Positions 1 to 13,054 of a stretch of DNA of 64,000 nucleotides are shown piece by piece. The notes under the pieces were generated by a model that saw only the letters and a list, made by a program, of their open reading frames with translations, was not told the origin of the DNA and did no database searches. The stretch's first letter is position 1, and each line of letters opens with the position of its first letter. Made by a program: the position numbers and the translations under genes. Source of the DNA: Eledone cirrhosa (taxonomy: Eukaryota); contig OZ024743.1 in assembly GCA_964016885.1 (NCBI GenBank), positions 147,374,001 through 147,438,000 of the forward strand, read 5' to 3'.

Positions 1-962
1 ATCCAGAGCCAACTCTTACACGGGAGGACGCTGTCCGTGCAATTTATGCTCGGAGGAAACTTTACAAACGCTGTTTTCGACGGACCAACTCCTAAACAAG
101 AAATATGAACTGGTTACTGCATGTAAACATAGATTGCGTAGGACTTACCTCGCCCTCAAACCCCATAATGACCCGGGTGGGGGGTGGGATGGGGGGTAGA
201 CTAGGGCTATAACACCCCACTTGCCGATTTTGTATTGGGTAACCCCTGCTTGCCAAGGGAGACGTAAGATCTTTTTATTCCTTTATCGCTTCCTCTATAC
301 TTCCTTCTTCCCCCATCCCTCCCTATTCCTTCTACCCCAGTTCTTTTTCTTTGTCGGCGTATTTTTCTCGCCCACCCGAGGCAGCCCTTTGGCCCCTTGT
401 AGCCTCAGTACCCCCACCCCTCCCCTAGTCTATAGATTTAGCGGACTCCGCTTTTTATAGCAGTTGTGTTAGACCTCGGATACTTGCCCCCTTATCCGAC
501 CGCTCCCCCTTTTTTCCGTCCCTTCTATATTTCTTAGTGGCACCTCTGCCTTAATTTCTCGTTTCAGTATTTCTTTCTTCTCTTTTCTTTTGGGCGGGGT
601 GGATTCTGAATTTATTTTTCCGTATTCTACTTTTACCTCGTACGAACTTTCATGTAGCTTGTATAAGAACTTTTGTAGCGTGGCGGTACCATTAGAGTTA
701 GCATTAGTATATTTTTTTCGGGACTCAGAATTATTATCTCGTACTAGTCTACTTTTCTGCACTGGGTGGTTGCTGGCCTTGTGCGTGGGGTAGAAACCTT
801 TATTAATTATTTCGTGGTAGTTTCTTTAGTATCTTGGCCCCTTTGTTGACGCGTCACCGTATGATATACGTACTTATACCTCTTAAAAGGGTCCTTTCCT
901 ATTCCGTCCCACCTAGTTTATTTACTTATTTTTTTATTTTTTTATTTCTTTATTACCTTATT

Positions 963-1006
<44 letters not shown>

Positions 1007-1560
1007 TATTTATTTATTTATCTAGCCTAGCAATAGCTAGAGACTTAGGTCGTAGAAATTACTTATATATTTTTTTCTTTACATTTATTCGCTTTTTATC
1101 ACTCTCAGTATTTTTTTTTTTCAAATATATATTTTTACCCTTCATTGTTCCACTTACCGTTTCGACTTCCTCTCCCTCCCCCTCCCTAGTATCTTCTTTG
1201 ACCTCATGCCCAGCTGTAGCCGGCACTACCAACGCATGATTGGGTCTACTCCACCCCTCTCCTTTTTTCCTACTGGCAGGTCTAGCCACCCTCTCCCCCA
1301 CTAATTTGCCATCACAGAATTACTACTAACTTGTGACCAATCCTTGTGTCAATCACTTTGACCATATATGGAATTACCCCTTGAGAAGCTCGGCTATTTA
1401 TATACCAGGATACATTTTCATTTAATCCAGAATAAGTCGTCGAAACGGCTTGCGCTCAGCCGTCGGGGTCTTACTGGTTCCTATTATCCACTCTACTACT
1501 CTAAGTATTGAGTACTTTGGTGTGTTATGGTCCACCTGGTTCCTTACCACATTTCCTTCG

Positions 1561-1561
<1 letters not shown>
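1..1561 (+). mobile_element. Penelope-like retroelement (Naiad-type), end of GIY-YIG domain plus long 3' UTR with hammerhead; truncated by the window start
   Basis: Nearly identical to 45733-47309 (codes SRANSYTG...CNLCSEE...ELVTACKH, then the same T-rich UTR); ends in (TA)n. Confidence 0.9.
1376..1469 (+). ncRNA. Type I hammerhead ribozyme, U3-A8 core variant
   Basis: Stem I ACCCC/GGGGT; core TTGAGAA; long stem II; GAAA; stem III CGGCT/AGCCG; GTC cleavage triplet (cut after 1464). Confidence 0.8.
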
Positions 1562-1598
<37 letters not shown>

Positions 1599-2816
1599 AT
1601 ATATATAATAAATTTGAAGACTAAAATCCAAAGAGGGCTCGATAAGGATAAATATATATCACATATATAAGAACCGTAGAGCAAATATTTATTAAAATAA
1701 CAGATTAAAGTTTAAGCAAAGAATCTCTGCTTTCACCCTTAACGGGATCTTCTGAAACTAAAAAAATAAAACTGTGAACGCAGGAGTAAATATTTAGAAA
1801 AACGTTGCAACCGAAGGAAGACAGAAAGACGATACTTTGGTTCGTGGAGACGTTCCCTGGCAACGAACGAAAAAAACGAAGGTAATACGTCATTACGTGG
1901 TGCGGTGTGAACAATTACACGCAAAGACAAAACCACGTTTATGGTATAACTGAAGATGTAGACTAAAATTCTATTTAGGAAACCGAATGATTCTCAGCTT
2001 CAGAGTTAAGAATAATGTAAATAAATTACAGAGGTTATTGAAATCAACAATAATTAAATATATACATGCACGCATCCATATACGTACATACACATATATA
2101 CGCGTAAACACCCGCCATGGGTATGCAAATACAGGCACGTACACAAAAACACGCGCACACATACAAAAACCCACGCAACGCCTGTACCCGCACACATACG
2201 AACGTATACACCCAATACACATAAAACATATATAAAAAAATATATATACATGTGTGTGTGTGTGTGTATCCCGGGTTCAATCGGGAGTAACCACAGTAAG
2301 TAAGGTACTCAATACATAGCAGAGTATAAATATTTAATATAAATGGCTTCATTCGGTAGAAATCATCTCCCGAATGAAACAGTTCTAGTCCTGTAGAAGC
2401 CATTTCTCTCTCTCTCTTTCTATATATATATATATATATATAATTCTCGCCTTTTTAATGAAACCTCGGTTTTGAAAACCCTCTCTCTCACTCTCAAACA
2501 CCCCATGCCCTCTCTCTAACACTCATTCCACTCCCCCTATCTCCATCTAATTAAAATGTTATCCTAATTTTAGCCTGTGTCATTTAATATGTAGAACTAT
2601 ACAGATGAGAATTGAATGCAATTATTGTTTAAGGTTCATTTGGTTGTATAGATACGTTGCTTTACCCCAAATTCACATTTATGTTCTGTTTCAAGACGGT
2701 ACTTCTGATGACTTACGTTTGGAGGTGTAAGTGGGGACTATCAGAAAAGTTCTGTATTACTTTCTAATTTTTCCACTCCTACGTTATGTCCACTCATTAT
2801 TATATAATTGTACAAA

Positions 2817-3010
2817 GGCGGTGGATTGGCAGTATTGGTAGAGTGTCGGATGCCATGCTTTGGCGCAGAGAGTTACGGCCCTTGCCATTCTGAGCTCAAA
2901 TCTCGCCGAGGTTAACTTTGCCTTTCATCCTTACGGGGTCGATAAAATAGAGTACCAGTAATACACTGGGTAATTGCTGGCCTTGTGCCTAACGTAGAAA
3001 CAATTATTAT
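2817..3010 (+). mobile_element. tRNA-derived SINE, full length
   Basis: A-box-like TGGCAGTATTGG, B-box-like GCTCAAATC, core GCCTTTCATCCTTACGGGGTCGATAAAAT, tail GGCCTTGTGCC..GTAGAAACAATTATT; TSD ATTATTATATAATTGTACAAAG on both sides. Confidence 0.9.
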
Positions 3011-3595
3011 ATAATTGTACAAAGTGGTCACTTTATAATTTCTATAATTTCTTGTTTAAAAGGAACATTACGGAAACTGGAAAATTATTATAATTCTCTT
3101 CTTAATTGTAAAGGATTTATACTTATTTTGATTGTGGAAGAGAAGTTCTTAAGGTATCCTCTCATTGTCCTCATTCCGGTTGGTATCAGTGCCAAATTCT
3201 GTAGCGGCCCTATAGGTGATTCTAAATATGGCTTTATACATATGTGTATTCTATGCTATGGCATATTTTAGATAAACAGATGTTCATGTATTTTAAATAA
3301 ACAGATGTTTATTTTTAAATAGTTGTACATTTATAATTTAACATTTATATTAGTTTGCTTTACATCGATTTATTAAATTTGAAATTTGTATAACATTGAA
3401 AAATAGTGATTAATAACGGAATGCATAACCTTACATATAACTCATTAAGAACACTGTAGAATTTTACATGCACCCCTTTCTTATAAAACATAAATTGCCC
3501 ATTTGCCATTTTCTAATATTCGGGTGCTTCAGAAAAGGCTTACACTGATTCTTTGAGCAGGAAAATCATTGAGAATGTATTTCTCATGGGCCAAC

Positions 3596-3662
<67 letters not shown>

Positions 3663-3965
3663 TATATATATTCGTATATATATAACAATTCGGCGTAAGG
3701 AGGCTGTTAAAATAGCAAAATGCCGTCGAAACGGGCTTGGGTAAAACATTACCTCGACGGATAGAAATCAGCGGCTAAAAGTGAGTTCTCTCGAAGAATT
3801 GATAGGAAAGAAGAAATCGAATGGATGAGAGATCACAAACATTTAAATACACTCACCAACTTTCAGACTACCTGCAGTTTCAACGATAAGACAGGAAGGA
3901 CTGCGAAGGAGGGGCGGCTCGAAATAAATATCTTCGTTGGTATAATGTTTGTGTTAGAACAGGTC

Positions 3966-4092
3966 AGAGAGAGAGAGAGAGAGAGAGGGGAGAGAGGGGG
4001 AGAAAGAGAGAGAGAGAGGGAGAGAGAGAGGGAGAGAGAGAGGGAGAGAGAGAGAGAGAATGTGTGTGTATGTGTGTGTGAGAGAGAGAGAG
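3966..4092. repeat. (GA)n/(GT)n compound microsatellite
   Basis: Direct reading. Confidence 0.9.
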
Positions 4093-4397
4093 ATATACAT
4101 AACTCGTTCTGGTACTTGTTTTGCAAGTTCTTGTCTTGAATTTATGTAGGTTTTCATTATTAGGAAGGTATTTAACCCATTCATCAGTTGGTTTAGTGAC
4201 CGAGTCGTTATTTAATTAAAGAAACTCTTTCGTTACACATTCGCTATTGTGGATCTCTATATTGTATCATATATTCGTTTTTGCTCCAGCTACAAAAAGA
4301 AACTCAATCGCAATGGATCTATTTTTCTTTCTTTCCTCTTTATCTGTTGCTTTGCAGCGGCTCTATAAAACCAAATCATTATCTATCTGGCTATCAT

Positions 4398-4419
4398 ACA
4401 CACATGCACGCACGCACGA

Positions 4420-4494
<75 letters not shown>

Positions 4495-4572
4495 CACGGA
4501 CGCACGCACACACGCACGCACGCACGCACGCACGCACGCGCGCGCGCCCATGCATCCACACACACACACACA
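4398..4572. repeat. (CA)n/(CACG)n microsatellite
   Basis: Direct reading. Confidence 0.9.
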
Positions 4573-5199
4573 CGTATATATGTATATATGTATGTCAGGT
4601 CACCAGTTGGTGCTATTGGTAACATGTATCCCAGTACAACCTGTCTCATGGTCGGGTCGTTGGCGACTAAACTGGCAACCCCACCAAGGTTTCTTGGTGA
4701 GGAGGGTGGCTTTGGACATCCTGCAGGACTAAAAACAAAACCTGTCAAAGGGCAAAGGGGCTCTTAAGAGTCAATAGCCATCCAAAATCACCGGGAGAGA
4801 TGACCCCTTAGCCTTTGTCAAGGCAGAATTCTAGGAGAAGGAAAACTCTGATATAACACCTGCAACCCTGATGGTATCCAATGATGTTGAATTGTTCTTC
4901 TTTTTGGTAAATATCATCTTGGTTAAGAGAGTGGGACTGGCTTTGTGCAGTGCCTTTGCTCACTATAAAAGTTTCACAGCACAGGCATTGCTTTATATCT
5001 GGAGATCTCTCTGCACTTGTCGTCATATGGTACCATGGGCCCAGCACTATGTGTCAATAATTGTCACAAGTGTAGTGTTTGTACCAGAGTTTTCAAGTCG
5101 CTGGCTGGACTAAAAAGTCACACTCGTTCAGCGCATTGGTAGGGGTTCTCCTACATGGATATAAAGTAGTGGCCGTACTCGAAAACGAGTTGGCAGCCA

Positions 5200-6552
<1,353 letters not shown>

Positions 6553-7254
6553 TACCTAACTGTACCAAGGATTACACACATTTTCCAATATATATATATA
6601 TATACACATACATACATGCATATATACATACATATTTTAATAGATTCAGAGGATCATGCTGAACGATAAAGACATACATCGCTATATATGTATCTCTCTC
6701 CCGCTCACTCTCTCTCTCTCTCTCCCTCGCTATCTCTCTCTTTCTCTTTCTCTCTCTCTCAATGTATATATATATATATATATATAAATGAAGTATTTCC
6801 GTCGGAAAGGTACACGAAAAAAAGGTGCTCTATGTAGGCTACAGAGCTTATTAGTTATGTAATAAACAACATAAGATAATTATTTCATTTACCAGTGGTT
6901 TCTTTTTTATTTATTTTTTCATTTGACTTATAATCCCTCCCCCCTACTTTCTACCATACCTTTAACACATACACACCCACCACCTTCATCCTTTACCCAG
7001 ATCACTTTTTAACTATATACCCTTATCCAGATCTCATCACAAACACTCACTCTCTACTACAACTTTTACACCCCTTTTCTCCCTTACCTCTTCTTAATAA
7101 TTGTTTTTATTATTTTATTTCAGTTTTACTCCCCCTTGTCCTTACTTACTCACTAGGTTTTTAAGTGTACTCACATAAGGTTGTATGTGGGCGCATATGT
7201 ATACAGGCTTATGTGTACATATATATATATACGTGTTTTTATTATTTATATGTA

Positions 7255-7372
7255 TGAGTTCAAATCCCGCCAAGGTTAACTTTGCTTTTCATCCTTACGG
7301 GGTCGATAAAATAAAGTACCAGTAATACACTGGTTAATTGCTGGCCTTGTGCCAAAAGTAGAAACAATTATT
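7255..7372 (+). mobile_element. 5'-truncated SINE
   Basis: B-box GAGTTCAAATCC through tail; flanked by ATTATTTATATGTATG duplication. Confidence 0.85.
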
Positions 7373-7405
7373 TATATGTATGTGTGTGTCTGTATATATA
7401 TGTGA

Positions 7406-7479
<74 letters not shown>

Positions 7480-7481
<2 letters not shown>

Positions 7482-7715
7482 CGAAGGAGTTGTGGTAAGG
7501 AACCAGATGGACCATAACGCACCAGAGTACTCAATACTTAGGGTAGTAGAGTGGGTAATAGGAACATGTATGACCCCGACGGCAGAGCTCAAGCCGTTTC
7601 GACAGCTATTTATGGACTAAATTAGAATTTACCAGGCTAAAGATTCTAATTTAGTCCAGAAATAGCCGTCGAAATGGCTTGAGCTCTGCCGTCAGGGTCA
7701 TACATTTTCCTATAT
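7480..7715 (-). mobile_element. Naiad-family 3' end fragment with fold-back inverted duplication
   Basis: 7480-7630 is a diverged reverse complement of ~47165-47309; 7640-7713 inverts 7558-7630. Confidence 0.8.
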
Positions 7716-8034
7716 ATATGTATGTGTATATATGTGTGTGTCTGTATATATATATATATATATATATGTTTGTGTATGTGTACGCGAATCTATAAGCATA
7801 GGGATATTTATTTTGTCGGTTATTCAACAAAAATATATAATTTTAACTGATTGGAAGCACTCGACAGATTTCTAGAGTATAAACCACCCTTTTTTTCATT
7901 TTGTCATTGTTTGCTACCTCACTTATACTCCCACCTGCGAACGTGTGTGTATTTATAGTTTGTCTGCCTATATGTTTATGTACACACACACGCACGTGTA
8001 TGTGTGTGTATATTTATGTATGTGGGTGTAAGTA

Positions 8035-8075
<41 letters not shown>

Positions 8076-8110
8076 TTTTACGCATACATCTGTGTGTGTG
8101 TATATATATA

Positions 8111-8186
<76 letters not shown>

Positions 8187-8469
8187 TATATATATATATG
8201 TGTGTGTGTATGTGTTTGTATATATGTTTTTGTATATATGTGTATATGTGTATATATGTGTGTATGGATTTACGTATATGTATATTTGTATGCGTGTGTT
8301 GATTTTTTTTATTGCGTGCGTATGTGCGTGCACGTATGTACGTGGGTTATGTACCTTTGAGATTAATCTATCTAATTTATTGTAGGTTGTTTTGTATGTG
8401 TACGTATGTGGATATGTGTGTATATGTATGTATGTTTGTGTATATATATATGTGTGTATGTGTGTGTAC

Positions 8470-8501
<32 letters not shown>

Positions 8502-8776
8502 GTATGCATATCTATATATATATATGTACGTATATTTATTTTATATATAAATACACATATGTGCATGTGTTTGTATGTGTGTATATATGCATGTATATGT
8601 GTATATATGTATATATATGTTTATATATATATATATATGTATATGCATATCGTGTGTATTTGTTTATTTTTAAATTGTTTTTATTTATTTCCCTCACTTT
8701 CTACACACTCACACCTTTCGTGGTCAACAGGTCCCCTTTTTGACTTTGTTTTGTTTTTGATTTTGATGTTTACTTT

Positions 8777-8844
<68 letters not shown>

Positions 8845-8851
8845 AGCTGAT

Positions 8852-8894
8852 TACGAGCTGAGGATCCGCTAAGGTGAAACAATTGCTCTCGGTA
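8852..8894 (+). ncRNA. Degenerate minimal hammerhead in a ~145 nt insert between (TA)n tracts
   Basis: CGAG-CTGAGGA-TCC gctaa GGT-GAAA-CAATTG-CT-CTCG; U16.1 replaced by C. Confidence 0.5.
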
Positions 8895-9002
8895 TGGTGA
8901 ACTAACTGTTGTGTAACCACTTCTAACTAACTCGTCCCGTGGACTGAATGCTCTACCAGTATGGATAATACCTTCCAGTGTTCTACCACTATATATATAT
9001 AT

Positions 9003-9609
9003 ATAAATGTTCGGTAAACCGATACGTACATATATATGTATGTATATATATACATACTACTGTACGTCTGTATACATATGTGTGTACGTATACATACATG
9101 CATACTTACATTTAAGTAGCTGCCGTACTAAGAGTGAGAAATGAAATTTCGTTTCATTCTATTCCATTTATCGTTTTCGGTGCGCCCGGCCGACTAAACT
9201 CACTCGATATCCAAATTAGGCTGCTCAGCCGTTAATATGCATAAGGAAAGTATAGACTTTCAGACGTTCAACCATCTGGCAGGAAGGTATACGATGCTGA
9301 CGATAGCTAATTAGCTTGAAACTAGTACATCGTTCCTGTGACAGTGTTGAACAAAAAGGTGACGTGGTTGCCTAAACACTGTACGGCGTAATTCGGGCTG
9401 TTTGTTTGTTTACAAACAAACCGAGCATTATAATAAATGTTCGGTAAACCGATACGGGCATATACATGTGTGTTCATGTATGTATATATATATACATACT
9501 ACTGTACGTCTGTATACATATATGTATGTACGTATACATACATGCATACTTACATTTCATTAACTGCCGTACTAGGAGTGAGAAATGAAATTTCGTTTCA
9601 TTCTTTTCC

Positions 9610-9615
<6 letters not shown>
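9003..9615 (+). mobile_element. Non-coding hammerhead element, 430-nt unit in ~1.4 tandem copies (retrozyme-like)
   Basis: Direct repeat 9003-~9170 / 9433-~9615 around an intact HHR; (TA)n on both sides; no ORF. Confidence 0.65.
9291..9333 (+). ncRNA. Intact-core minimal type I hammerhead ribozyme
   Basis: ACGATG-CTGACGA-TAGCTAATTAGCTT-GAAA-CTAG-TA^CATCGT: 6-bp stem I, palindromic CTAG in stem III. Confidence 0.85.
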
Positions 9616-9654
<39 letters not shown>

Positions 9655-9657
<3 letters not shown>

Positions 9658-10100
9658 GGTCATGTTGCCAATAAGAAACACACGCACCAGTTGCTATCAC
9701 TCCAATTTATTATCAATTAAATGATAAATTTAAGACATTTATAAATTTCTGGTTGGTTGGTTCCACAACCGGACGGTTGTTCATATATTGTGAAAGTTCT
9801 TTCGTCACACATTCTGTGACCTCATCAGTTACCGGGGATTCTTTTCTTTGTTTTATGCTTCCCCTTTTTTCTGTCCTACGCCATCTTGTTTGTGTGTGTG
9901 TTGTGTGCTTAGTTTGCGCATGTGTTACATCCGGATGTCTGTGTGTGTTTTTATTTGTTTATTTATTTGTTTATTTGTTTATTTATTTACATGTTACTAG
10001 TTGGTTGTTTGTTCTATGTGTGTGTATGTTTTCATTTTGTCCTTGATTGTAAGTTGTGATGTTACTATTCCATTCATGTTTTCTATTTAATTCTGGATAA
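9655..10100 (-). mobile_element. PLE-type terminal repeat with hammerhead at 9790-9832
   Basis: Minus strand CTGATGA-G-GTCACA/TGTGAC-GAAA-GAAC-TT; AATAAA before the terminal (TA)n; related to 10372-10760. Confidence 0.55.
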
Positions 10101-10166
10101 CTTGAACCGTTAAGTTATTGGTTATTTCAGTCCTTAGTTATTTCAAAATTTATAAAACACACTTCG

Positions 10167-10228
10167 TATTTTATCTGATGATAGCGTACCAAAATTTTTG
10201 GTACCCTTGAAATATAAATAATAGAATA
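10167..10228 (+). ncRNA. Hammerhead ribozyme (family shared with 19.6, 21.2 and 51.0 kb)
   Basis: TATTTTAT-CTGATGA-...GTACCAAA/TTTGGTAC...-GAAA-TATAAA-TA^ATAGAATA, followed by a conserved ~140 nt 3' segment. Confidence 0.7.
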
Positions 10229-10371
10229 AATATGGTTTTATAAATATAGTTTCCATTTATTTAATATCATTGTATATTATACTCCAGTAAAACTGTTGAG
10301 TGCTCTGAATCAGTTATAAACATTTATATTTGTTGAATTACCAACAAATTGAATATCCCTTATGCTTATAT

Positions 10372-10895
10372 ATATATTGTTATACTTGGGGAGGGTCATA
10401 TTTGTGTAATAATATTGCCAGAATTAATAATAGAATACACTCACTGTTTGGTTGGTTTTCGCTCTGTGTCTTTTATATCGGTCAATTTAATTTATTCGGT
10501 CCTCAATGTTACCATTTTCTGACCAACGGTAAAAAATACAGATATAATATAGACACAAACACATATATATAGTCTAACAAAGTTCTTTCGTTGCACATCT
10601 GCAACATCGTCAGTGGTGCTATTATGTTTCCTCCTGTTGTATTGTATGCCTACGCCATCTTTATTTAGTCTGTTTATTTATTTATTTATTTATTTTTGTC
10701 TTCTCTGCGCATGCGTTTGCGTGTGTGTATAGTGTTTGATGTGTGTTCGTGTTTGGGTATCATTGAGGACCGAATAAATTAAATTGACCGATATAAAAGA
10801 GACAGAAGCGAAAACCAACCAAACAGTGAGTGTGTTCTGTTATTAATTCTGGCAATATTATTACACAAATATGACCCTCCCCAAGTATAACAATA
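10372..10895 (-). mobile_element. PLE-type terminal repeat with hammerhead (10576-10617) and inverted terminal duplication
   Basis: Minus strand CTGACGA-T-GTTGCA/TGCAAC-GAAA-GAAC-TT; 10372-10515 is inverted at 10755-10895. Confidence 0.6.
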
Positions 10896-10970
10896 TTTTT
10901 TTCGACACACGATTTCATATTAAAAACCTCGCAAAACTAATTCATCGGCGTTATATATAACGTTATATAA

Positions 10971-11292
10971 GGGCGGTAGATTGGCAGTATCGGTAGAGGG
11001 TCGGACGCCATGCTTTGCAGCAAAGTTACGACCCTTTACGATCTGAGTTCAAATCCCGCCGAGGTTGACTTTGCCTTTCATCCTTACGGGGTCGATAAAA
11101 TAAAGTACCAGTAATGCACTGGGTAATTGCTGGCCTTGTGCCTAAAGTAGAAACAGTTATATATAACGTTATATATAAGTTCAAATCCCGCCGAGGTTGA
11201 CTTTGCCTTTCATCCTTACGGGGTCGATAAAATAAAGTACCAGTAATGCCCTGGGTAATTGCTGGCCTTGTGCCTAAAGTAGAAACAGTTAT
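10971..11292 (+). mobile_element. Full-length SINE plus tandem duplication of its 3' half
   Basis: SINE 10971-11160; TSD-like GTTATATATAACGTTATATATAAG; 3' half repeated at 11178-11292. Confidence 0.9.
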
Positions 11293-12730
11293 ATATATAT
11301 ATATACAAGATTTTAAGAGGAGGATTTTTGATAAAAAATATCCTACTGATAACATTATCCGTGTCCTCTCTATATAAACACTGATAACATCAGACCCCAA
11401 AGATACCAGACATCCGTTTTTAATGTACTTTTAATTATCGTTTGAACCATTTAACTTAATTCACTTTTCTTATCTTTCACTCATTGATAAAATTGACAGT
11501 TCTTATTGGAAATATTTTCTTTAAATTCTTTTTCAAATTTGGAGACGTATATTTTCAGGTAGTACTTCACCGTTACTTATTCATTCGATCCCTGAAGGAT
11601 GACATGTCATGTTGATCCTGATGGGTTTGGATCGCAGAACCTTATTAGCTGTAACTAAATTGCCAAATGTATTTCGTTTGACGATCTACCATGTTTAGTA
11701 TTAACTTTAGTTTATATAAGCTAACAGAGAAGCAGCTCAAGCGAGCGAAGAGCTGCTAGAAATAACATCAAATACATCTGAAACCAAACTCTACCGTTTT
11801 GCACAAAAGTAAATATATTGGACGGGGTATGCCCTGATATAAAAAAGACAGAATGATCACACCTTTGCCCACAAGGTCTACTCAATCAGCACAGACCTGT
11901 GGATAAACAACAACAACTTATATTTATGTATTCCAACGTGTATAAATCATATTTAAGATACGAAATTTCTTCTCTTCAATGGCAGGTAACTGGTAGATAT
12001 TTTCTTTTCAACTTAAATATGATGTACACAGCCCTCAAAATCGACAATTTAATGGACAATATTGTTTTCATTTTTACACAATTACGCATTTTAATTCTTA
12101 CACCATTTAAAATTATTGAATTTCACGCTGTCTGAAAAAGAGCAATACTCATTTATTTCAATAAATAAATTATTAATACCAATGTAGGATTTGTAATCAA
12201 ATATCCACACAAATATTAATTACATCTAACCTCGCAATGTAGAATTGAAAATGTATAAAAATAGATGGTTCTGTTTTATGAACTGAGGAACAATATATTC
12301 TTCTTAATCAGAATGATCAGAAAACATGAAAGAAATAGAACAAAAACTCAAGGTTAGTAACTTATAGTTTATTAAATGATATAAAATTGCATGAATAATG
12401 ACTCAATTTGGATTTTATGAATATTGTAGATACACATAGACAAAATAATCTCTCTCTGTCTCCCTCCCTCTCTCTCTCTATATATATATATATACATACA
12501 CGTGATATATATATATATATACATATACGTGATGGATGTACCTCGATTTCATGAGTTGCCACCTCCTGACCCCTCCTCACATGGGTGGCAGGAACATGAC
12601 TCTTTAGTCCTGCCACGTATATACATATGTCGAAACGGCCGGAGCTCAGCAGCCGGGGTCCTCAATCTTTTCATATATATATATTGTTATACTTGGGGAG
12701 GGTCATATTTGTGAAATATTGTCAGAATTA

Positions 12731-12846
12731 ATAACTGTTTCTACTTTAGGCACTAGGCCAGCAATTACCCAGTGCATTACTGGTACTTTATTTTATCGAC
12801 CCGTAAGGATGAAAGGCAAAGTCAACCTCAGCGGGATTTGAACTTT
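12731..12846 (-). mobile_element. SINE 3' half, inverted, within a mosaic insert
   Basis: Reverse complement of the SINE 3' halves at 11046-11160/11178-11292, including the AAACAGTTAT end variant. Confidence 0.85.
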
Positions 12847-12968
12847 GCCAGAATTAATAACAGAACACACTCACTGTTTGGTTGGTTTTCGCTTCTGTGT
12901 CTTTTATATCTGTGTGTCTTTTATATATTTGTTTCGACACACGATTTCATATCAAAAACCTCGCAAAA

Positions 12969-13052
<84 letters not shown>

Positions 13053-13054
<2 letters not shown>

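Noticed and set aside
469-1301. ORFs repeated at 46211-46986
   Set aside because: Incidental frames in the PLE 3' UTR; conserved only because the copies are near-identical
2817-2910. tRNA gene
   Set aside because: A/B-box-like head of a SINE; no complete cloverleaf
12540-12616. HDV-like ribozyme (also considered in the RTE-5'UTR-like stretch 4600-4810)
   Set aside because: A TCCTCAC loop-like motif is present, but the double pseudoknot could not be assembled by eye
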